Assembly (NCBI GenBank): GCA_002633005.1
Contig: NMRA01000033.1
Coordinates: forward strand, 11,342 to 75,341
Origin: Phoronis australis
Taxonomy: Eukaryota; Animalia; Phoronida
Direction: 5' to 3'
Length of the DNA stretch: 64,000 bases
Position 1 is the first letter of the stretch, and every line of letters begins with the position of its first letter. The position numbers and the translations under genes were made by a program. The notes under the pieces were generated by a model. The model ran no database searches and had not been told where the DNA came from. It saw nothing but the letters and a program-made list of their open reading frames with translations. Below are positions 54,735 through 64,000 of the stretch, piece after piece.

Positions 54735-56015
54735 GTCATTTGTTGTCCCGTTTTGACGTAATGTAGAACGACAATTAAATGCTCATAACTCGAGAACAGA
54801 TAATTTACATATCACAGCTATTGTCTACGGGGGTTCTAATGGGTCAGCTGATCGGCTTGTGGTTTTTTGGGCATTTTTTTATGAAATTCGTGGTTTTACG
54901 CACTTTAAGGTTACGGGTAACACTATTTCAAAAACGCTGTTTTAAAAAATAGGGGCTGTGAATACAGTAAAATATGCGAGGGTTCCAAATAAATTGAATT
55001 TCATACAAGTTGTTGTTGTTTTCTAGTGACAAACTCAGGAAGGGCTGTTACCAACAAGCATGATTTGCTCACGTCCAACCTGTCAGTCAAGTAAAATATC
55101 CCGCCAAAGTTTTCCACACTATTGTACGTCGTTTTGTCAACCCTCACGACTTACCTGGCGAATCAGCTGTCTATAAAATCGTTTCAAAGTTCTGAATAAT
55201 TTCATTCATTGCCATGTCGCCTGAAAGTCAGAATGTAAGATGAAGCTTGCATCTAAGGCGACAGAAAGCGAGACTCCATTCCATGATCTAGCCAAAATCA
55301 GTCCCGAAGTGGCCGATTACGAGATCCACTGGATTACAAAACTTACCATGACTAAGTTCAACAAAACTTCATAAAATTGAAGCCAATCCTACCCAAATTC
55401 TGATATTTCGTGAAACAACTCTCGTCTAATATTTCATACGACGTTCCATACAATTTACCCAGTTGCGTGTGATTAACTCGGAAGGTGACCTGCTGACCTA
55501 CATTTGATTACCTTCAGTGAAGCACGTGATCAGCCTTGGACAACGAACTTTAAGTTTCAGTGTTAATGAAATTCGCTAATCTTCTTTCCACTTTTATAAA
55601 TTTAGCGTTACTTTGAAAAAACTGAAAAAAGAGACTTGAATAAATTACACTGAGCAACTCTCATGACTTAGACACGTAGTGTGCGACATAAATCGAGAAC
55701 AAAACGGTGGCCAACTGACTGTTGACACAATATTACGTTTTTCAGCGATTTATGTTTGAGCGCGACCCCAAACTTTGGAACACGATATCTCGAGAAAGAG
55801 TCCACCGAATTAAATCGTATTTGAATTTTCTGACAGAACGATGTTTTGACGTGTCAATCACTAATTTCATATCAAAAATACCAAGAAACAACACCACCAG
55901 TTGATCATCTGCTGTCAAATTAGCACACGCGCATGCATCATCTAATGTTATGCTCATCTCGAGTTACGAGCATTTATTGGTTGATACATACTACGTAGAA
56001 TCGGGAAACCAAATC
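54735..56015. mobile_element. Non-autonomous TIR element remnant
   Basis: AAATGCTCATAACTCGAGA (about 54777) is inverted relative to TCTCGAGTTACGAGCATTT (about 55957), with weaker flanking similarity. Confidence 0.5.
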
Positions 56016-56883
56016 ACCTTCCTTTGTGTTTAGTGTAAGAAGTCGTCAGACATTGGTGCTCATGGAGGCGCTGCGATTGTGGTGGTTGTGACAACGCGGC
56101 AATTTGACCACGCTGTGTCTCTTTACACTTTCCCGCGGTACACCACAGAACCGCGGATATAGCTCAAGTTTGTACAAGAAACTCGTGTGTTAGTGGATAC
56201 TACACACTGGCGCTGGGTACGTTCATACGTCACACTCACGTCGCTTCTATTTTCGCGTTTTTGAGATATTGAATTCAAGGTTGTTACATGTAGTGTTATA
56301 AAAGGAGGTTTAATCACTGGTTAAAACAAGGTGAATGGTGGTTTTACACACATTAAACCTTAGCAAACTTGAAAAGGATATGATTGTCGTATTCAAGGCG
56401 AACTTGTGAGCATTGTTTTACATGAATGCATAAAATCGCACTCTGAAACAAGAAACAAAGTAAACGTCAATATTGTAAATAGTTCATTTAAGTAGGCTCC
56501 ACGAAGTTTGCTAAAAAACGGAAAGCTGTCGTTATCTTACGACATTGACTAATTTATAAAACAATCGCGTACAATGACCTTACTTCAACAGATTGTTTAA
56601 TTTGAAAATGCATTTTTTGCGTTGAGTTAATTTGGTGTTCAAATTTCACAGTAGACCAACGCAAGTGTAGACATTAGGTTAGCTTTGGGGCCAAAGTGTA
56701 TAAAAAAAACAGTTTAGGACCGATGTGAGTGAAAAACTGGCCGAATCATGCCTCATACAAAATAAATATCATCGAAAACTACCTTCTTACTTGATTAAAC
56801 TAATTTAATTACTGGTGCTAACGAAATTACTGTTGCACCGTTATTTTGCTACCTAATTTGCGGATCGATCATGCGTCGGCTTT

Positions 56884-56974
56884 CACCACAGATTTTTCAA
56901 TTTTAATTGAAAAATCTGTGGTGTGTAACGTGTGGAAGAAGAGTATTTAAAAACACTCCTCTTCCACACGTTAC
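56884..56974. repeat. Two abutting hairpins
   Basis: A perfect 19-bp stem, CACCACAGATTTTTCAATT-TT-AATTGAAAAATCTGTGGTG, followed by TGTAACGTGTGGAAGA...TCTTCCACACGTTACA. Confidence 0.9.
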
Positions 56975-59900
56975 ATGTACACATGTATATGTTCCAACAA
57001 AGCATCGGAATAGGTTTCACTTCTTTTCAAGTTTTTAGCATTTCAATACCAGCAAACCGAATTTTTAGGCAAATTTTGGTTCATCGAAGCTGTAACCATC
57101 TTCAGAAATATGTCACAAAATTTAGCACGTCACGTGCACATGTGACAAGCGTACAGTTTTTCATTTAAACAGCTGTAATGAGCAAGCTGAGTGTCGATTG
57201 ACTATCAGATTTTGCGGTTTTTCACTCTAGATATAAGATTTATAACCATGTGACGAGAAAAACTATCCTGGCGATGTGAAATTTCATTGATACTCAACGA
57301 CTCCTCAGCTGTCCATCAGTATCCATACAGCAAGCTGGCTATTATTACATGTGACTTAATTCAAACGGCAATTTCGAATTTTTCAAAGAAGAAATTTTTT
57401 ATTCTCATAATTTAAACTTATTTCACAATCCCAACTACGAAACACGATGCAACAAGGCAATCGCGATCTTGAAATTGGCATGCTTTTGATTACTGTAGGC
57501 AAAATTGCCCATTCTTATAGGACACTGTTTGAGCTAAAATAGCTCAAAAACGAAGTGGGTGACCGCTTGTTTTTTTTTCTTATTTCATAGAAGCCAAGGA
57601 GTGCATCAAAATATAACATAAAAGAAAAAAATAACGGTAGAAGCTAAAACACTAAAATTTGAAGAACTTAAAATCCAGAAAAACCGTTTAATTACGCTGA
57701 AGTAAGAAAACGAATGAACCAGAAGTTAAAGTCGTTAAAAAGTCAATATGACATCGTACAAAGGACTTCAACGATTAATTTAATTATAGTTGGCTTTTCA
57801 GTAACTCATGTTAATTCATATTTTCGCCAGAGGTGTCCTTCTTTAGGTGGATGTGACGGAAAAAAATGATTCGACAACCATAGCATTTTTGCAAATTTGT
57901 TGTAGGCACAGACCAAAATACAAAATATCAAAACTCTATCGAAAGCCTTAAAGTAGCAATAAACGTCCGTTTTAGACCACGTATTGCTTAAAACTGGTCT
58001 CAACTTTTTCCTTACTAAGATGAGATATGATCTTTGTTACTGCAACGAACTGACAGTTCGGTTTTACTCGAGATGATAAAATGACACGCCGTGACAAATC
58101 AACTTATGGACCTTGGTCTCAAGCAATAACGAACTGTCAGTTCTTTTGACCAATTGCAAAACATTGTTATTGTGACATAACACAGGTTTAGTGAGTCTTT
58201 ACCTAAACATCATTCAAGAATGAATGGACTCACTGGAGACACCCCAAGAGTTATTATCTCTGTGGCGAAGGATGTTAAAGTTGTGTCTCCGATAAGTCGC
58301 CAGCAGTCACTGGTACGGTGCGCGGCTTTAGACGCTCTGCGGCTGGGTTTAAGATCTTTTATAGGCCTAACTATCCCCAATTCCCGTACCAGAATGAATT
58401 TCAAAAATATCTTGACTTTTTTGCGTCAGATGTGATGTAACGACTTTAATTGCGAATGTCTTTTTTAATGTTTTGCATGCAGTCGGGTCCTACCGTAAAA
58501 TTTCTGTTACTTTTGGTAAGGAAACTTAAAAATATTTCGTATCCCTTAAACTTACGTTTATTTTTAAAAAACTAAATCGCATAAATTTTCAAGCAAAGCA
58601 ATTTAACAAAAAGTTTCCTCCACCATCTTGAATGTCCTTAATTTTAACCAAACCAATATTGCACTTTTCCCATGCACGTGAAAGGTAGACTAACAGCTGT
58701 AAAACATTTTTTTAAATTTCAACAAAATTTTCAAAAGGTTGCAACAGTGCCTTTCCCACAATTGTAACACAGTCGTTTTTCTGTTTTGACAACTACGTGC
58801 ATGGTACTCTCAATTTTGGAGTCAACTTAAAAATGCCGCCGATTTCAGTAATGCAAAGTAACTTATGCCAAGATTTCACGAAGTCCAAACCATCCCAGTT
58901 GCCATTCTGATAGCCTTCGATGTAAACAAAAAACAAAGCATCAAAAGACTTAATTTCAATAATTTCAAATGTTAGTACAATAAAAAAAATGTCACTACTA
59001 TCGATCACTCGGGCATCGGCTCACCAGCAAAGCCCAATTTGGGACTGTTTCATACAACCAGATATTGGAGGTCTACGAGGCCAATGCGCATGCAATACTT
59101 GGAACTGTAGACTCTTGCGTAAACTTTGTTACCAAGCGTTGTTTTCACCAATTGCTAATTTCTTGTCGTGTTTCCATAATTTTGGTGAGTGTTCCAATTA
59201 AAAAAGCAACCCTGAATTTTTGTATGAAATTTAGATAAATACTAAAAAGTAAATACAAAAGGTCTACAGTGATGTGTTGTTCATAATTTACTATTTCTCA
59301 TTCTTGATGAAAAACATTAACATACGGTGTCATAGCATACCCCAGTGGTTAATTAAGTACTAGGCCTTTTACAATACAGCTTCCCCATTACAAATCCCAT
59401 TTACCGCCAAAATAATGGGGCTAGTCGGAAAATTTACATTAACTAGAGGGCGCGCGTGTACTAGTGGTGATAGATTAAGCAGCCTCGATTTCGCGAGCCT
59501 TTTAATTATATGGTGGAATGGCTTGCAGCCGTGCCAACTGAATCTGAAATTGCGTGAAAAGGATGCTTCTGTGAGAGGAAGTGAGCATGACCTTATACAA
59601 AGGTAATCTTTGTGATTATTTTAACGATTATTCTATGTTTATTCTACTGATTCCTGTTAACTGAGGTACTCGCCGATGTCGACTTCGCGGCTGTCGCCAG
59701 TCGGGTTATTCTTTGTTTGTTGTGATGTGTGTTACGATACTTGACGTAGCACTCGGGATCTTTTCGTACATCAAAGCAGTATGATTGTTTGAATGATTTC
59801 TAACAGGTTTATCAGTGACACTTACATCTAACAATGCTGAATGTTTCTGCTGTCAACTCGATATTGGTTAATGAGTTAAGATTACCATCCAAGCCCAATG

Positions 59901-61542
59901 GCATATCAAAGAAAGGGTACGTGACAAATATCCATTAGACTACTTGTTTACTTCCTATCCTATGTTTTCCGAAAATCTATTACACGTTTAAATGGAAATC
60001 TATCATGTCTGTTTTCATGTGACCTTTGTTTTTAGGTTTGAGGGCTTGTACCGTGTAGAGGAGACATGCATCGCTTCTCCCTGAATGGACAAAAATTGGT
60101 TTTAATCATTTGACTGCACCTAGCCAGCAAGATCTTCCCATACAGTGCAGATCTGTTGTCAAACCTACTTTCTATATCGGAGACAATGAACAAAGCCTTT
60201 GAAAAGAAGCAGCTATTTTTAAAGAAAGGTATGTAAGTTGTTTTGTTAATTTACTTATTCAGGTCCTTATCGGGGGATTAGCATAGGGAGTTGGGGTTGT
60301 AAAATTTGGTGCAAATGAATGTGTGGAAATAACAGGTAATACATACTTGGGGAAAGAGCATGGTCAGGTAATTCTTAACCTTCATGAAGTTCTTGCACGT
60401 TTAGTTCATGAAATTGTTTTGCTGTCAATTGTAATCCCATAAAATATATTACATTTTCTAAATTCTCAGTGACTGAATAGTCTTAACTCATGCCTTGAAA
60501 TGTTGCAAGTCGTTTATAAATTCAAATGACTGCCATTTTTTGTGAAGATTGCATTTTTGATGGTGCCTTACGATTTGTAATTACTCTTAAACAACAGAAA
60601 GATTACCCATGATTTTTAAGTGACTCAAGTCTTCATATCTTCCATTAGAAGAAAAATAAAAAGTCTGAGAAACGGTTCCCTCAGTCTTAGACTAGAAGTA
60701 TGCTTGACAGACCCATGAATCTGTAATAGGAGTTTAAAATTGCTGAAAGTATCAAAAATTAAAAGGCTTGAAGATGGGTAACAAAGGTTTGAAGTTGTCT
60801 CAAAAAACTTATATATTTCGCAGACAAGTACTGCGTTTAAAGAATTGTTATGACTACGAATGAAAAATAAAGACATATAGATTATTACATGGCGAAGTCG
60901 TTATCCCCCGTTATCTAGACCCCTCGTGGATTTTGGAGAATTATTACCCTCGGGTCGTTAAGGGGGATAACGACTGAGAACATGTAATAATCTATTTATA
61001 CCACATACTGAACGAGAAACATTGCAATGAATCGATCTACCTTTCTCGACTCGCCTCAGCTTTGTAACTACTTTCTATGTCAGAGGCCCGGGGTCGGAGG
61101 TCGTGACCTTTTAAGGAAAGTCGAGATATTTTTGTCAAATAATGCTTTTACTCAAAACCAATTGAAAAATAAAACAAAATAGAAATAAAATGAATCTATA
61201 AATTAAGGTTTAGCAACTGTTATAGCTTACTACACATTTTATCACGCTAATCTTCGACCGGGAAAATATCGTCTGCTAAAGTAGGTTACCACTAGTAACT
61301 GACTATAATGCTCAAGTCAAACGATCCCGACGACACGATACCCGCATTCAAATTGGAGATCGGTGATTTACAAGTGAGAGAAGAAGAGAGAAAAATTTCA
61401 CTGAATTAAAATATCGTTTTATGGAAATTATGCGTCTTATTTTTCATAGCGTATAAATGTCGGTGCAATGCCCTTTTCTGAACATGCGATTGTTGCGCGT
61501 GCTCATTTAAGTATTCTATTTTCATGTTCGATGACGTCAGCC

Positions 61543-62601
61543 GCTGAGTGGTGTAGCGGTAAAGTCGGCGACGCAAAAGGTAACCGCTCATCCAAAACCT
61601 TTACGGCAAACAGATGGCGCTTCTCATCAATCACGTGTCATTTTATCGCTCAAATAAGAATGTCTGCCAGAGAATCTTAACCAAGCACCTTGACCTACAT
61701 TCTGCTGCTGCTGACTGTAGCCACAGGTAACGAGAGTTCATGAACCAGACAGTGTATGTCCTGATGAGTGGCGAATTTGTGTGGAAAAGAAATCTTTGTG
61801 TCCGACATTCCATGTTTAAAACCCCATTTGTAATAACTATTTATAACATATAATTAAGATGAAAGTGTTAATAATCTACGCTGTTGTGGTTGCTCGGCCT
61901 AAACGCTGGGGTAAAATATATAATCAATGAACGTGACCATGGTGAGGCTACTAAACCGGGCCCGGCCACTTTTCCGCCCGGCGAGATTTTGGCAACTCAA
62001 CAACCATAATTTTAATTAGGTTGAAATATAACCACTATATTTTTTAAATTATGCTTGAATTATACATGGTGATATACATGTTAGGTTTTATTCTCTCGCG
62101 ATATTTTCTTTTTCGTTCAGTGTTTCGTTAGCCAACAACACTGAGCCCAGCAGACCGGACTGGCCGTGGCACGGCACGGCAGCTGATGGTTCACCAAGTA
62201 GAAACGTCTGTAATATTTTATGTTCTATCAATACTAAGGCAAAGGAGAGTGGTTTCAACTGATATAGTATCTATTTAACGAACTGAACCATGCACTATGA
62301 ACATGTTGGTGGCCATGATTAATAACAGCTGACGGTATAAACAAAGAGCGAAGCACTGAGCTCATCATGTCACGTTGTCACAACTTCGATGTGACGTCAG
62401 CAGCTGTAGAATGTAGGTCAAGGTGCTGGGTCAAGATTCAGCTCACACAAGAATGTCACAAGACTGTAAGCAGCGCTGCCTGTTAGTAAAGCATCATTGC
62501 ATCCAGCGCCATCTGTTTGCCGTAAAGGTTTTGGATGAGCGGGTACCTTTTGCGTCGGCGACTCGTAACTGTTGAGGCCCGGGTTCGAATCCGGCCTCGG
62601 T
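61543..62601 (+). pseudogene. tRNA-like sequence (CGT anticodon, Thr-like) split in two by a transposon
   Basis: 5' half 61543-61572 has A-box-like TGGTGTAGCGG. 3' half 62563-62601 has GGGTTCGAATCC. GCTGAG/CTCGGT can pair as the acceptor stem. Confidence 0.65.
61573..62553. mobile_element. Non-autonomous TIR transposon with 9-bp TSD (MULE/Merlin-type)
   Basis: 48-bp TIRs at 61573-61620 and 62506-62553 with one mismatch. TSD GTCGGCGAC at 61564-61572 and 62554-62562. Confidence 0.9.
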
Positions 62602-63495
62602 TTCACGCCAAAATGTTACCTCACTAGTGAGGTAACTTTATGGGTTATTACACGGTTGTATCTGCCATCCGAGGCTAATATTGTGGTATAAGCAGTATTA
62701 TGCAATACTTATTATATACACCCTTGCTTGCTTTCTGAAAAGAGTAATTATTTAATTTTGTGTGAAATTGTAGAGCAGTCACCACATCATATGTTTGAAA
62801 AACAGGGGTAGCATTTTTGACACAACCTGGAGTATTTAATTATTCATATTTCAATATTTGTTCCAGGTTCAGTGACATTTTAAGGCCACTTCAAGCCGCA
62901 ACATAGACAAGCTTTGTTACTCTCCCCACAGCACTTCCAGTGCTGCTTGGCACAATGTACAAGTCAGTGGTCCTCGACAAATGTGAATCGCAGTACTAAG
63001 TTACCATAAGACAATGTGCCAGCGGATTGTTTGTGTATGAAGAGGAATTAACTATATCTGACTGCAACACAAGTCAGCCTCGTTGGTGAGGATGCCATTT
63101 CATAGGCAATGAGTCATGTGTGGACTGAAGCTAAAGAAGACCTAGTAACACTCTGGTCTAGTTTAGGGTCCGATTTTGGGCACAACACGAGTCAAGTGAT
63201 ATGCTGTTGTGTTTACCTTCAAGAGTCTAATTGTGGATGTTGTTGATGCTGAATGAGGTTAAATGAAAGAAAGCCACGTGACGAAACTTGAACTTTTTTA
63301 CAAGTGCATCTATAGGCCATTAAAACTAGTGAAATGAAACCCAAAAGCATCTGGTATAAATACCTGTCCTTTCTCACCGAGTGACATTAACTTTTCCTTT
63401 CAGAAGAAAGGCTTTATACTAATGGTAAAAACTTTTCAATTTGGTGCACATTATGGGAAAATGACATTCAGTGACTGCATCGATTGTCTTATTGT

Positions 63496-64000
63496 CAGTA
63501 GAAAGCCCGTTAATGTTACACTTTGATGATCGGATCAATTTTTCATCAACAGGCAAGTTTGTCGCTAATTATTGAAACCACAGTTTTAAAGCCCCATACA
63601 GTGCAGTTGTGCTTATTCTTGATGAAGTTGAAGTGATTACCGAATACGCTTGCAAATTGTCATTTTCCTGTTGACCTATCGAATTGTGCAGCGATCAAAA
63701 TGAAGTATTCCCTTTGTTTGCATTTGATTTGTTTATATGTGTAATTATTTTTAGAGCTTTCTGAAGAAAGCCTTTTAGTCGGTGGGCCAGATTTTGTAGG
63801 GCCTCTAGAAAATAGTTTTTGTGAGTACTTTAGGGGGGCAATTATATTTTGGTGTTTTTTAATTCATTTATTAGAGTGTTTTCAAAATCTAAAAAGTTCC
63901 CACATATAAAGTTGCACATTTTTGAGAAATTTGAGTTTGAAGTTACCTAATAATCACCAAAGAGCTTAGTAAACTTATATTTGTAAAAACAACAGTTTTG
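63496..64000. mobile_element. Probable Tc1/pogo-like insertion running off the window
   Basis: Similarity to copy 1 stops abruptly at CAGTAGAAAGCCCGTTAATG, which resembles a pogo/Tigger terminus. Confidence 0.4.

Larger units (their letters stand above)
60876..62692. mobile_element. Insertion with Crypton-like non-autonomous architecture
   Basis: Absent from copy 1 (AAAGACA|CAGTTTTATGC). Starts with a hairpin of about 120 bp (ATAGATTATTACATG...CATGTAATAATCTAT). TTATACCACA at about 60996 is inverted to the terminal TGTGGTATAA. No TSD evident. Confidence 0.6.
59417..63495. mobile_element. ISL2EU-like element, copy 2, interrupted; right end not seen in the window
   Basis: Starts AT|GGGGCTAGTCGGAAAAT. 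Colinear with 41067-43338 apart from the insert at 60876-62692. Confidence 0.85.

Noticed and set aside
57523-58749. CACTGTT...AACAGTG as a Transib-like element
   Set aside because: The inverted match is only 7 bp, the flanking 5-mers differ, and the internal peptide is not diagnostic.
1-64000. Prokaryotic-style operon, defence system or CRISPR array
   Set aside because: The longest ORF is about 154 aa, there is no regularly spaced repeat-spacer pattern, and the content is eukaryotic TE debris.

Overview
This is eukaryotic, AT-rich, repeat-dense DNA. The transposon repertoire (Academ, ISL2EU, Kolobok-like, Penelope, Tx1, RTE-X-like, L2/Crack-like, Gypsy, Crypton-like) is typical of an invertebrate animal, probably aquatic; this is an inference. 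I see no intact gene, operon, CRISPR array or rRNA. Almost all ORFs in the track are chance ORFs or decayed transposon fragments. The best host-gene candidate is one small minus-strand exon at 5223-5331, with a Kozak ATG and a GTAAG donor. Clear structures: (i) an Academ element with a 3-bp TSD that splits a LINE RT, and the same LINE also carries a Tx1 fragment with a 12-bp TSD; (ii) two copies of an ISL2EU-like element (YqaJ + THAP remnants, AT TSD on copy 1), the second containing a Crypton-like insert whose tRNA-like sequence is split by a TIR element with a 9-bp TSD; (iii) three Penelope-like fragments with inverted repeats, two of them with hammerhead-like cores; (iv) a ~800-bp foldback. 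I found no convincing novel multi-gene system. Family assignments come from motif recognition by eye, not database searches, and coordinates of decayed elements are approximate.
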